In this document: positions 9,175 through 17,723 of the stretch, one piece after another
Layout: each line of letters begins with the position of its first letter
Numbering within the stretch: the first letter of the stretch is position 1
Virus record (IMG/VR): IMGVR_UViG_3300027644_000030
Location: 1-38,030 of that record
Strand: one strand, 5' to 3'
Length of the DNA stretch: 38,030 nt
DNA from: a virus
Lineage: Duplodnaviria > Caudoviricetes
Notes under the pieces: generated by a model
What the model saw: only the letters and a program-made list of their open reading frames with translations
Databases searched by the model: none
Told to the model about the DNA's origin: nothing
Program-made: the position numbers and the translations under genes

Positions 9175-9394
9175 AGATTGGAAACTATGCCGTGATTGCG
9201 GTGATGAGGTACACATTGAGCGATGGCACTTGGGTTATCGCCACTGCCTATTCTGCGGTGAAGAAGCCGCCAAGGTCGAGCGCATGAGTTGGTGCGTAGT
9301 CCAAGAGTACGGCAAGGGTAACTACCAACTTGTTACACCTGCGAGTGCACGTACAACGCTCAAACAGACTAATCAAAAAGAACTGAGGGGCTGA
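9158..9394 (+). CDS. Small putative zinc-finger protein
   Basis: CRDC...CLFC motif; AAAGG RBS; first gene after the promoter at 9024. Confidence 0.72.
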   Translation: MVNVTLDWKLCRDCGDEVHIERWHLGYRHCLFCGEEAAKVERMSWCVVQEYGKGNYQLVTPASARTTLKQTNQKELRG

Positions 9395-9397
9395 GCC

Positions 9398-9568
9398 ATG
9401 AGTGCAACACCAAGGTACAAGAAGGTAGACAAGGTTACGCCTGTGCGTCAGACCGACTACTTACAAATGTTAGGAGAGGCGATGAAGTTTGCAAGGGTGC
9501 AAGAGTCCAAGCCCATGCTGTCAGTTAAAGAGTTGCCCATACAAACCAAGAAGGAGATACAAGAATGA
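9398..9568 (+). CDS. Hypothetical protein (56 aa), not in ORF track
   Basis: GAGG RBS; MSATPRYKKV...KKEIQE*; ATGA overlap with next ORF. Confidence 0.6.
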   Translation: MSATPRYKKVDKVTPVRQTDYLQMLGEAMKFARVQESKPMLSVKELPIQTKKEIQE

Positions 9569-9735
9569 CACCTGATGAAATAAAACAACACTTTGGCGAG
9601 GACTCGCTGAACCTTTTATACGACTGCATATTGCAGAACACTACGTATGCGCTAGCCGATTGGATACTTGAGCTAACGTCTGAGAAGGACATTGCCACTT
9701 GGATAGCTGATTTAAAAGCTGACGAGGAGGGCTAA
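9565..9735 (+). CDS. Acidic hypothetical protein (56 aa), not in ORF track
   Basis: AAGGAG RBS; MTPDEIKQHF...KADEEG*; stop TAA lies inside the palindrome at 9732. Confidence 0.65.
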   Translation: MTPDEIKQHFGEDSLNLLYDCILQNTTYALADWILELTSEKDIATWIADLKADEEG

Positions 9736-9738
9736 CAA

Positions 9739-9828
9739 ATGTTAACAAGATGGGAGAAGATCGAACGCGTGGTGATACTGCTTGCCTGTATTGTGCTAGC
9801 CCTTGACTTGCTTTACTGGAGACCATGA
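9739..9828 (+). CDS. 29-aa single-TM peptide, not in ORF track
   Basis: GGAGG RBS; MLTRWEKIERVVILLACIVLALDLLYWRP*; ATG supplied by the palindrome. Confidence 0.6.
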   Translation: MLTRWEKIERVVILLACIVLALDLLYWRP

Positions 9829-10070
9829 TGCCGAGGCGCAAGAAGAAGTACATGCTTCTACGTGGGTACTCGGGTAGATTCATTGTGGTTGGGCGGGAAT
9901 GGTACGACCACAAAGGAATAGCCAAGCTACGAGGCGACCGCAAGCAATGGTGGATTGCCGCACAAAGTAACGACCAAGTAATGTTACAAAAGATGGCAGG
10001 GCTTACTGGTAAACACTTAAAGATGGAGGTATACCATGAACAAGATGGGATTGTTACAAGACGAGAGTGA
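9825..10070 (+). CDS. Hypothetical protein
   Basis: ORF track; ATGA coupling to the previous ORF. Confidence 0.6.
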   Translation: MMPRRKKKYMLLRGYSGRFIVVGREWYDHKGIAKLRGDRKQWWIAAQSNDQVMLQKMAGLTGKHLKMEVYHEQDGIVTRRE

Positions 10071-10254
10071 GGGGTACGAGCCCCAACGACTGAGCAAGTG
10101 GTTCGCTAGCCGACTGGATGCGAGAGAAGTGGTACGAAATAACTTTAGAAAGGAACTAACAAATGTTAGAAGCAAGTCTCAAGATGAAACTGTTCTACCC
10201 TGTGCGACCATGGGAGAACGAGCCCGACCATGCCGAGTGGGTGCAAGAACCTAG
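10036..10254 (+). CDS. Hypothetical protein
   Basis: GGAGG RBS; overlaps the next ORF. Confidence 0.5.
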   Translation: MNKMGLLQDESEGYEPQRLSKWFASRLDAREVVRNNFRKELTNVRSKSQDETVLPCATMGERARPCRVGART

Positions 10255-10639
10255 CGGATACAAATGCCGTATATCTAGGATGGAAGGTTCGGGTGCGCTA
10301 TGTGGTTACGTGGGCATACCCAAAGGGCATACGTATTGGGGCGTGATCTATGACGAGGGTAACGAAGAACTAGATGCCATTGCTGACGATGTGCATGGTG
10401 GGTTCACCTATACGGAGGAAGGCAAAGATGGGTTTTGGTACTTTGGGTTCGACACAACCCATATCAATGACTTTGCACCTAAGTTGGTAGAGCTACTGAT
10501 TGAGTTCGGTCGCAAGGACTTGCCGTTCACCGACTGCATGAACTACAAGACATGGGAGTTTGTCGAAGACCAAATCCATTGGCTAGGCAAGCGACTATGG
10601 TCGTATGACCAGTATCACGGGGGGTGCAGAAATGTCTAG
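10163..10639 (+). CDS. Hypothetical phage protein (CGYV...VHGG.TY...GFD motif)
   Basis: AAGGA RBS, start inside a palindrome; motif recurrent in phage early proteins. Confidence 0.75.
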   Translation: MLEASLKMKLFYPVRPWENEPDHAEWVQEPSGYKCRISRMEGSGALCGYVGIPKGHTYWGVIYDEGNEELDAIADDVHGGFTYTEEGKDGFWYFGFDTTHINDFAPKLVELLIEFGRKDLPFTDCMNYKTWEFVEDQIHWLGKRLWSYDQYHGGCRNV

Positions 10640-10841
10640 AGAGCAGTACTACCTATGCCGAGTGCCAAGTACTAAGTTAGTAATCATATTGAAGGAGGGG
10701 GACTACAACTACATGCGTAACCATGAGAGAAGTTTGCGTGTGCCTGACCCTGAGTACAACATTGTTCTGCTAGCACAGGGGTACAAGGAAGAGGTGAAAG
10801 CGTTTTACGAACTAATCAACGGAAAGGAACTAAATGTATAG
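10632..10841 (+). CDS. Hypothetical protein
   Basis: ORF track 10605-10841; ATG at 10632 after GGGGG overlaps the previous gene end. Confidence 0.6.
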   Translation: MSREQYYLCRVPSTKLVIILKEGDYNYMRNHERSLRVPDPEYNIVLLAQGYKEEVKAFYELINGKELNV

Positions 10842-11046
10842 GGTTGCAGGGTGGTGGGTGTTGTACCTAGACCACAGAAAGTATGCGGATGTTGTACGAG
10901 AAAACGACTTCCATGAGTTCAAGCGACTTAAAGGTTGGACTCACGTAGCAGATGGTAGATGTGAGGATATGGAAGCAATGGCAAAACTATTGAATTGCCA
11001 AGGGACAAACTTTTTTAACTATGGAGGTCTAACAAATGTTAGCTAG
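10834..11046 (+). CDS. Hypothetical protein
   Basis: AAGGA RBS; coupled to neighbouring ORFs. Confidence 0.62.
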   Translation: MYRVAGWWVLYLDHRKYADVVRENDFHEFKRLKGWTHVADGRCEDMEAMAKLLNCQGTNFFNYGGLTNVS

Positions 11047-11197
11047 GTACTACGTGACAGGGTGGAGTGGTAGGTTCGGCATGTGGATTGCCGAGAGCCT
11101 CGAAGCCAAGAGTAAAGTAGCGGCAAGGGAAAGGTTTACGACCAAGTACCCAACGCTTAAGACTATTAAGGCATACAAATTGAGAGGGGGGAACTAG
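11036..11197 (+). CDS. Basic hypothetical protein (53 aa), not in ORF track
   Basis: GGAGGT RBS; MLARYYVTGWSG...KLRGGN*; ATG supplied by the palindrome at 11029. Confidence 0.6.
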   Translation: MLARYYVTGWSGRFGMWIAESLEAKSKVAARERFTTKYPTLKTIKAYKLRGGN

Positions 11198-11217
11198 GAA
11201 AACATACCATGAAATAC

Positions 11218-11246
11218 TTGACATACCCATTTAAATGTGGTATAAT
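11218..11246 (+). promoter_or_regulatory. Consensus sigma70 promoter for the AAA/vWA operon
   Basis: TTGACA-17 bp-TATAAT with extended -10 TG. Confidence 0.92.
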
Positions 11247-11372
11247 ATAAGTTGATATGGATAATTGTGTCTGTATCAGCGTAGGTGTAGGCATGTTACA
11301 AATGCAGAGTAATTTTGTAAACGTCAACACTAACAAATGTTAGAAATATCAGAGTAATCAGAAGGATTGAAA

Positions 11373-12437
11373 ATGGCAGAAATCAATTTTGGTAAGAGCA
11401 TCACGCTTAAACAAGCGGCAAACCTTATCCGCACAAACCCAACGACTCGGTTCTTGTTGCAAGGCGAGCCCGGGATTGGGAAGTCCTCCCTACTAGAGAA
11501 TATCGCCGACTCCCTCGGCTTTGAGTATGCCTATATCGACGTACCCAATATGGACTTGGGCGATATCGCAATGCCTGTGATCGACCACGACTCCAAGACC
11601 ACACGCTACTACCCCAATGCACGTTTTCGTATCCATGAGAACAAGCCATTGGTCATCATGCTCGATGAGTTCACGAAGGGTGCTGACCCTGTGAAGAACA
11701 TGCTTCACCCTATGCTTGAGAAGGCAAACCCACGACTCGGTGACATACCCCTGACCGCTAATACCATAGTGTTCTTAACAGGCAACCTAACGACCGATGG
11801 GGTGGGCGACTCCCTCAAAGCGCATAGCCGTAACCGACTAGTCCCAGTAACTATTGCCAAACCCGATGCCGAGCAGTGGATTGAGTGGGCTATTGGTAAG
11901 GGACTCGAAGCCGAGGTGATTGCATGGGTGAATCGATTCCCTCACGTACTCGCAAGCTATACCGATGCGGCACAAGGTGACAACCCATACATCTACAACC
12001 CACGCAAGGCTCAGCATGCGTTCGTATCACCACGCTCATTGGAGACAGCATCGAACATTGTACAGACCCGCAAGCAGAACGACCCTGATTCGGTGATTGC
12101 CGCTTTGACCGGTGCGATTGGTGAATCGGGTGCTAGAGATATGCAAGCGTACATTGAGTTCTCAGATCAACTGCCCACATGGGAAGCCACGATCAAAGAG
12201 CCAAAGACTACGACTGTACCCACAAGTCCGGGCGCATGTGCCATTGTGGTGTTCGGTGCTATCTCTCGGATTACGAAAGACACCATTAGTCCATTCATGG
12301 ATTACTTGTCTCGATTCGATGCCGAGTGGCAAGCCGTGTTCGCTATCAACATTGCCAAGAACCCTGCGAAGCAGAGTATCGCTTTCTCAAGCAATGCGTT
12401 CAAGGACTGGGTCGTTAAGAACCAAGACCTACTGTGA
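11373..12437 (+). CDS. MoxR-like AAA+ ATPase
   Basis: Walker A GEPGIGKS, Walker B IMLDEF, sensor TGN, arginine finger region SRNRL, SPRS motif. Confidence 0.88.
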   Translation: MAEINFGKSITLKQAANLIRTNPTTRFLLQGEPGIGKSSLLENIADSLGFEYAYIDVPNMDLGDIAMPVIDHDSKTTRYYPNARFRIHENKPLVIMLDEFTKGADPVKNMLHPMLEKANPRLGDIPLTANTIVFLTGNLTTDGVGDSLKAHSRNRLVPVTIAKPDAEQWIEWAIGKGLEAEVIAWVNRFPHVLASYTDAAQGDNPYIYNPRKAQHAFVSPRSLETASNIVQTRKQNDPDSVIAALTGAIGESGARDMQAYIEFSDQLPTWEATIKEPKTTTVPTSPGACAIVVFGAISRITKDTISPFMDYLSRFDAEWQAVFAINIAKNPAKQSIAFSSNAFKDWVVKNQDLL

Positions 12438-12449
12438 GATACCTAACAA

Positions 12450-12686
12450 ATGTTAGAAGGACTAAACGGAATGAGCGCATCAGACTTCAGAAGGTACATC
12501 ACCCAATGGGTAACAGAGCATGACAAGTGCGGCAAAACTGCGGAGAGCATAAAGATTGTTGGGTATTGCGTACGTGACACAGATTCTTTCGAATGGACAA
12601 CTGTGTTCGAGCATGCCGACAAGGTTGTGTGCGAGAAGGTAGCAAACATACTTAACGAAGGAGAAGGTAATGGGATACAGAAGTGA
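12450..12686 (+). CDS. Hypothetical protein
   Basis: ORF track; ATG lies within the palindrome at 12443. Confidence 0.6.
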   Translation: MLEGLNGMSASDFRRYITQWVTEHDKCGKTAESIKIVGYCVRDTDSFEWTTVFEHADKVVCEKVANILNEGEGNGIQK

Positions 12687-13050
12687 TGTTATGGCGGTGT
12701 TCTACACCTACGACCCTACGGAGTACCCTGCAATGAAGCTATTCATTGACGAGAACGTGCCTGAGTTCTTCAGGGGTGACGAGTACATGCGGTTGTTTAG
12801 TGGTGGTATGCCTAAACACGTACAGGGTATTAAGTTCACCATGAATGGGATGAAGTGGTATCCATCGTACCCCGATGTACAGGGGTTCGAGCAAGCGATC
12901 GAGAAGTTTGAGAAGCTCAGCGATGGTGGAGATAAGTGGATGTGGGAGTTTGTGCGTCTAGGAGAGGAGGTGGAAGACGTAGAGGAGAGATGTGGTGGGG
13001 AAGCCGAGGGCTTACTGTATGTGAATAGAAGTATTGAGTGTGATTTTTAA
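12670..13050 (+). CDS. Acidic hypothetical protein (MGYRSDV N-terminus)
   Basis: AAGGAG RBS; 126 aa. Confidence 0.72.
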   Translation: MGYRSDVMAVFYTYDPTEYPAMKLFIDENVPEFFRGDEYMRLFSGGMPKHVQGIKFTMNGMKWYPSYPDVQGFEQAIEKFEKLSDGGDKWMWEFVRLGEEVEDVEERCGGEAEGLLYVNRSIECDF

Positions 13051-13067
13051 ACAACGAAAGGTAACAA

Positions 13068-14330
13068 ATGTTAGAAGAACGTAAGGTACAGAAGGCGAAG
13101 ATTACATTGATGCGTGACCCGAGGTTCGCCCTTTGGTCTGGTATCTTGATGGTTGGGCGTACGAGTGTAGTGGATAACATCCCAACTGCATGCACCAACG
13201 GAAGAGACGAGAAGTATGGTCGTAAGTTCGTGGCTATGCTCAAAGAGCCTGAGTTGAATTTCGTGGTACTCCATGAGAATCTGCACAAGGCTTTCCGTCA
13301 CTTGACTACATGGCGTAAGTTGCATGACGAGAATCATTCGCTGGCAAATGCGGCTTGTGACTACGTGATTAACCTCAAGCTCAAAGACCTCGATCCTAGC
13401 GAGCGTGTCATTGCCATGCCACGTTGGGCAGATGGTGAGTTGAAGGGTAAGCCGATGGGCTTGATCGATGAGAAGTATCGTGGACTCAATGCCAAGCAAG
13501 TGTTCGACCTACTCAAAGAGGAGGAGAAGAGTGGTGGATCTGGCAAAGGTGAAGGCGAAGGCAATGGCTCAGGTGAGGGCGAAGGTGGTACAGGTACGAG
13601 CCAAGGTCAAGGTCAGGGCGGGTTCGATGACCACGATTGGGATGGTGCGAAGGAGATGACCGAGGAGGAGAAGAAGGTTCTCGAGCGTGAGATCGATCAG
13701 GCTATTCGCCAAGGAGTAATGGCGCATCAAAAGATAGCGGGAACTGGTGGAGGTGATCTCGATCGGGACTTACTCGAGTTGCTCGAACCCAAGGTCGACT
13801 GGCGTGAAATGTTGCGTGATTTCGTGAAGGCTACGTGTAGCGCAAAAGATACATCGTCATGGCGTAGGGTGAATCGTAGGTTCTTGTCTATGGGTACGTA
13901 CATGCCTAGCCTGATCGGTGAGAAGGTTGGTCACTTGGTTATTGCTGTGGATACGTCAGGGTCAGTAGGTCAGGAAGAGCTGTCGGGATTCCTAACAGAA
14001 GTTAGGGGCATCGCAGAAGAAGTTAAACCTAGCCAAGTGGACTTGATCTATTGGGATAGCCGAGTAGCCGCACACGAAGAGTACACCGAGAGCGATGTAT
14101 CTAACATCATCAATTCTACTAAACCTAGAGGCGGTGGTGGTACTTCACCCTCATGTGTATCTGAGTATCTAAAAGAGAAACGTATCGAGCCCGAGTGCAT
14201 CATCGTTCTAACCGATGGGTACGTGGGTAATGATTGGGGTCGTGATTGGACTGCCCCTGTACTGTGGGCGATCGTAGGAGGAAACGATTGTGTTGCAGAC
14301 AACGGTAAAACGATTCTTGTCAAGGATTAA
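13068..14330 (+). CDS. Metallopeptidase-like plus vWA domain protein (DUF2201-like)
   Basis: HENLH (HExxH) motif, Gly/Glu linker, MIDAS motif DTSGS, GGGGT, VLTDG. Confidence 0.88.
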   Translation: MLEERKVQKAKITLMRDPRFALWSGILMVGRTSVVDNIPTACTNGRDEKYGRKFVAMLKEPELNFVVLHENLHKAFRHLTTWRKLHDENHSLANAACDYVINLKLKDLDPSERVIAMPRWADGELKGKPMGLIDEKYRGLNAKQVFDLLKEEEKSGGSGKGEGEGNGSGEGEGGTGTSQGQGQGGFDDHDWDGAKEMTEEEKKVLEREIDQAIRQGVMAHQKIAGTGGGDLDRDLLELLEPKVDWREMLRDFVKATCSAKDTSSWRRVNRRFLSMGTYMPSLIGEKVGHLVIAVDTSGSVGQEELSGFLTEVRGIAEEVKPSQVDLIYWDSRVAAHEEYTESDVSNIINSTKPRGGGGTSPSCVSEYLKEKRIEPECIIVLTDGYVGNDWGRDWTAPVLWAIVGGNDCVADNGKTILVKD

Positions 14331-14367
14331 ATGGTGGTGGTTCATAACAAATGTTAGGAGGTATCAG

Positions 14368-14619
14368 ATGGTAGTAGTTGACATTGGATATAAGAAGTTA
14401 GTGATGAGCAAAGACAAGGCAATGCTGTTGGTCGAGTGCCTTGAGAGTGCTGACGTATACGAAGAGAAGTGGTGGAGTGATGACGTGCGCAAAGAGAAAG
14501 GGATGGATAGCACTTACACCTACCACGTGTATCCGAACGAGGCATCGTTCAACATGAAGATCGTTAGTGACACACATTATCAAATGGCTAGATTAGCCGG
14601 AAAACCAATTAAGGAATAA
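14368..14619 (+). CDS. Hypothetical protein (83 aa)
   Basis: AGGAGG RBS supports ATG 14368 rather than the track start 14290. Confidence 0.7.
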   Translation: MVVVDIGYKKLVMSKDKAMLLVECLESADVYEEKWWSDDVRKEKGMDSTYTYHVYPNEASFNMKIVSDTHYQMARLAGKPIKE

Positions 14620-14621
14620 TC

Positions 14622-15470
14622 ATGAGTATTAGTGCATCAGCAGTATTAGTAGAGTTGAACATCAGCGTTTGGCCCGCCGCAAAGATCGATCGTGAAATCA
14701 CGAGCCAAGTCAATGCAAGCGCATCAGCACACAAAGATGCGTCACAGACCAAGAAGAATCTGTTTGCGGGTACAAGCCTACGAGCAGACATTGAGAAGTT
14801 TGCCGCAAGGGTTCGTCTTTACAACAACCAACACACCTTACCTTGGGCAGACAAGGGTGAGCGCATGTTGCCGACCAAGTTGTTCATGGACTACAAGCAG
14901 ACCATGAATGGGTACGAGCGTACGTTTGACATGTTGTGCGATAACTTCTTTGATGAGTACGAAAGGTTGGTTGACGAAGCCAAAGTGAATCTAGGTTCTA
15001 TGTACAAGGCAGAGGACTACCCCGACCTAACAGATGTTAGGACTAAGTTCAGCTTTAAGCGTAGTGTGAAACCTTTACCCGAAGCTGGTGACTTTCGCCT
15101 AGACATACCTGCGCATGACCTAGAGGAGATGAGGTCAGCGTATGAAGTTCAATACTCGGAGAAGCTAGCCGATGCAATGCGTACACCATGGGAACGCCTC
15201 CATGAAGTTCTCTTGGGTATGTCCAAGAAGTTGGGAGATACAAGTGACAACAAGAAGCGGTATCACGACTCATTGATTACCAACCCATTGGAGTTGTGTG
15301 AGTTGTTGACGAAGCTGAACGTGACTAACGACCCCAAGTTAGAGGATGCACGTAGGCAAGTAGAGCTAGCTATGCTTGGTGCTGACATTGAAGAGGTCAA
15401 GGATAGCCCGTTGGTTCGTGAGAATCTAAAGTCTAAGGTCGATGCGATCTTGGGTAAGTTTGAGTGGTAA
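14622..15470 (+). CDS. Helical protein, DUF3150-like
   Basis: LVELNISVW...TKKNL...TLPW pattern and coiled-coil; position next to the AAA/vWA pair. Confidence 0.6.
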   Translation: MSISASAVLVELNISVWPAAKIDREITSQVNASASAHKDASQTKKNLFAGTSLRADIEKFAARVRLYNNQHTLPWADKGERMLPTKLFMDYKQTMNGYERTFDMLCDNFFDEYERLVDEAKVNLGSMYKAEDYPDLTDVRTKFSFKRSVKPLPEAGDFRLDIPAHDLEEMRSAYEVQYSEKLADAMRTPWERLHEVLLGMSKKLGDTSDNKKRYHDSLITNPLELCELLTKLNVTNDPKLEDARRQVELAMLGADIEEVKDSPLVRENLKSKVDAILGKFEW

Positions 15471-15493
15471 TTTATAACATTTGTTAGGAGTAA

Positions 15494-16390
15494 GTGAATA
15501 TGTCTATGAATACATTGAGTTTGAGTAACGTAGTTGTTGGTGAAGACTTGCAGAAGACTATGGACAAGGAGGGGTTTAAGTTGTCAGGCGTGTACGGGAT
15601 GCTTGACCCTGTGGTTAGCCGACTGGCTTCATTGAATCCATTGTGGACTTTTGTTATCAATAACAGTGGTTTGGGTACAGGTAACAACCGAGTGGCATCA
15701 GGATTTCAAGTCAAGCTAGATGGTGAAGAGCTAGGGTCTATCGGGTTGAGTTACATGGGTCAACGCGGAAAGGTTATCGCTATCTGTAACGATCGTATTG
15801 GTAAGGGTAGGCAACGTACTGATTCGTATCGCACTGTGGATGCGGATAAAGCTATCCTCATGGCGAAGAAGATGTTTGGCAAGATGAACCCCAATGAGCG
15901 TATCAGTAAGGCTAAAGATGCGGCGGAACGTGTAGTGTCTCGAGCAAGCTGGAACAAAGAGCGTGATCGTACCTTGCACCAAGGCAATATTAAAAATGAG
16001 ATGTTGGTATGGGCTGAGACTAAAGGTAATGCTTTGTTCATGGAATACCTAAAGGTGGAAGCAATACCCTCGCTTAGACACAAAGTTACTACCTCTATGG
16101 AAAAGGTAGAGTTACTCGATACCGAAATGAAGACTATCGAGAGAGTGCAACAGGACTTCAGTAAGAATAAAACCGCATTGGTGGTTAAAGATACAGGTAA
16201 GTACCTAGTCAAAATAGGTGACAAAGTTGATCTGTACGATGATAATACGCTCCCCGTGGATATGCGTATGAAGATAGGTATGCTTAAACTTGTGGAGGAT
16301 GAGCATTACCTTACCGATATAGGTTGCAAGGTATCGAGTGAGATATTTGTGTTGTTGGTCGATCTAACAAATGTTAGCGAAGGAGTATGA
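15494..16390 (+). CDS. Hypothetical protein
   Basis: 298-aa ORF with AGGAG RBS. Confidence 0.78.
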   Translation: MNMSMNTLSLSNVVVGEDLQKTMDKEGFKLSGVYGMLDPVVSRLASLNPLWTFVINNSGLGTGNNRVASGFQVKLDGEELGSIGLSYMGQRGKVIAICNDRIGKGRQRTDSYRTVDADKAILMAKKMFGKMNPNERISKAKDAAERVVSRASWNKERDRTLHQGNIKNEMLVWAETKGNALFMEYLKVEAIPSLRHKVTTSMEKVELLDTEMKTIERVQQDFSKNKTALVVKDTGKYLVKIGDKVDLYDDNTLPVDMRMKIGMLKLVEDEHYLTDIGCKVSSEIFVLLVDLTNVSEGV

Positions 16391-16391
16391 A

Positions 16392-16559
16392 ATGAACGAA
16401 GAAATTAAATATAGCTCAAGGGCTATCCCCCTACGGGGGTGTAACGACCCCAAGTTTAAATATTTTAGCGCCGCCAATACCGATATACGCAGAACATGGC
16501 GTAAGGCGCGCTTGCTTATACGCATCACCAAAGGGGCAGCATATGAAAGCCGTACTTGA
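16392..16559 (+). CDS. Small basic hypothetical protein
   Basis: AAGGAG RBS; alternative start 16371 inside a palindrome. Confidence 0.6.
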   Translation: MNEEIKYSSRAIPLRGCNDPKFKYFSAANTDIRRTWRKARLLIRITKGAAYESRT

Positions 16560-16719
16560 GTTCACGTACCCACAAGACGAGGGCAAGCTCAAGCATGCGC
16601 TAAGAGGTGAAGAGTATTACCTAGCATTGGTTGAGATTGATAGGGCGCTAACAAGTTCGGACAGAGATGACATGCTGTTTAAGGTTAACCGAATACTAGA
16701 AAGAATATTAGAGGAGTAA
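16543..16719 (+). CDS. Hypothetical protein (58 aa), not in ORF track
   Basis: AAGGGG RBS; MKAVLEFTYPQDE...RILEE*. Confidence 0.62.
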   Translation: MKAVLEFTYPQDEGKLKHALRGEEYYLALVEIDRALTSSDRDDMLFKVNRILERILEE

Positions 16720-16723
16720 ATAA

Positions 16724-16900
16724 ATGCCAAGACCTAAACCGCCTGAACCTATAACGTTCAGAAACATACGAATGTCTGATAGACAGTGGATTATTTTTAA
16801 TCACTTTGGTGGTGCGCAGTGGCTACGTGAGTTTTTAGAAAAGAAAGACCCATTTCCTAAAAAGTATTACGAAGGATTAAAAAATGACAACAGGAATTGA
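16724..16900 (+). CDS. Putative ribbon-helix-helix DNA-binding protein (58 aa), not in ORF track
   Basis: GAGGAG RBS; MPRPKPPEPITFRNIRMSDRQWIIFNHFGGAQWLREFL shows a strand-helix-helix pattern. Confidence 0.55.
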   Translation: MPRPKPPEPITFRNIRMSDRQWIIFNHFGGAQWLREFLEKKDPFPKKYYEGLKNDNRN

Positions 16901-17090
16901 ATACCTAAAACCGGAACAAAAAAAGAAAGGGCGGGGGTTTGGTAAGAAACCCGCACTATTCTGTACGAGCTTGCGTCTAACAAAGGATGTGATGGATTAC
17001 TTCAACACAAACTATGCGTATACAAAGCAAGCCAAAATGAGAGAAGTTCTTACCGAGTACGTTAACAATCAAACAGGAAATAAATCATGA
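16884..17090 (+). CDS. BrnA-antitoxin-like ribbon-helix-helix protein
   Basis: TSLRLTKDVMDYF...QAKMREVL resembles the BrnA RHH domain. Confidence 0.55.
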   Translation: MTTGIEYLKPEQKKKGRGFGKKPALFCTSLRLTKDVMDYFNTNYAYTKQAKMREVLTEYVNNQTGNKS

Positions 17091-17665
17091 TTCAATTAGC
17101 AACAATACCAAAGTCAACCAAGTCAGCACAAATACGTGACTACGTTGCGGCAAACCCAAAAGCTAAGTCAGCAGACGTAGCCGAGGCGGTAGGCGTAACC
17201 CCTGCGTATGTAGCCACAGTAATGTGGAACGCAAAGAAGAAAGCCAAGATAGCGAAGAAAGTTGGGGGGATGCAAAAGAAGAAAGCCATGACCGACAAAT
17301 CTAATTGGAAGACGATTGCGTTTGCTTCATCGGACATTCCTTTTTATAAGGATTCAGTTATAGATACGACACCCAAACGTATGGCACAACTTGCGTATGA
17401 AGCGGGTGTAGCAAAAGCAAAATTGCGTATGCAAGGACAACGCCAGATCGAAATGTTTGAGCCTAAGCCCGACCCAGTTAATCACCCTACTCATTACAAA
17501 GTAGGTGGGATAGAGACGATCGACTTTATCGAAGCTAAGAAGCTTGGGTACAACCTCGGCAATGTAGTGAAGTATCTGACTCGTGCCGACCACAAAGGCA
17601 ACAAGTTGGAAGACTTACGCAAAGCTCAGTGGTATCTGACACGTGAGATCAATTCGCTCAAGTGA
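17087..17665 (+). CDS. N-terminal HTH fused to DUF3310-like domain
   Basis: KSADVAEAVGVTPAYV HTH; C-terminal DPVNHPTHY...GIETID...GNVVKY..RA..K...EDLRKAQWYL. Confidence 0.8.
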   Translation: MIQLATIPKSTKSAQIRDYVAANPKAKSADVAEAVGVTPAYVATVMWNAKKKAKIAKKVGGMQKKKAMTDKSNWKTIAFASSDIPFYKDSVIDTTPKRMAQLAYEAGVAKAKLRMQGQRQIEMFEPKPDPVNHPTHYKVGGIETIDFIEAKKLGYNLGNVVKYLTRADHKGNKLEDLRKAQWYLTREINSLK

Positions 17666-17686
17666 CACCTAACATTTGTTAGAACT

Positions 17687-17712
17687 AAGCCCGCCTAGTG
17701 CGGGCTTTTTTT
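17687..17712 (+). terminator. Rho-independent terminator ending the early operon
   Basis: AAGCCCGC-CTAGT-GCGGGCTT followed by a T-run. Confidence 0.88.
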
Positions 17713-17723
17713 CGTCTGTACTA

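Noticed and set aside
13530-13625. Collagen-like or tandem DNA repeat in the vWA gene
   Set aside because: It is a Gly-X low-complexity linker without Gly-X-Y periodicity or exact DNA units
16884-17090. Complete BrnT/BrnA toxin-antitoxin pair
   Set aside because: The upstream ORF looks like another RHH protein, not a BrnT-like ribonuclease
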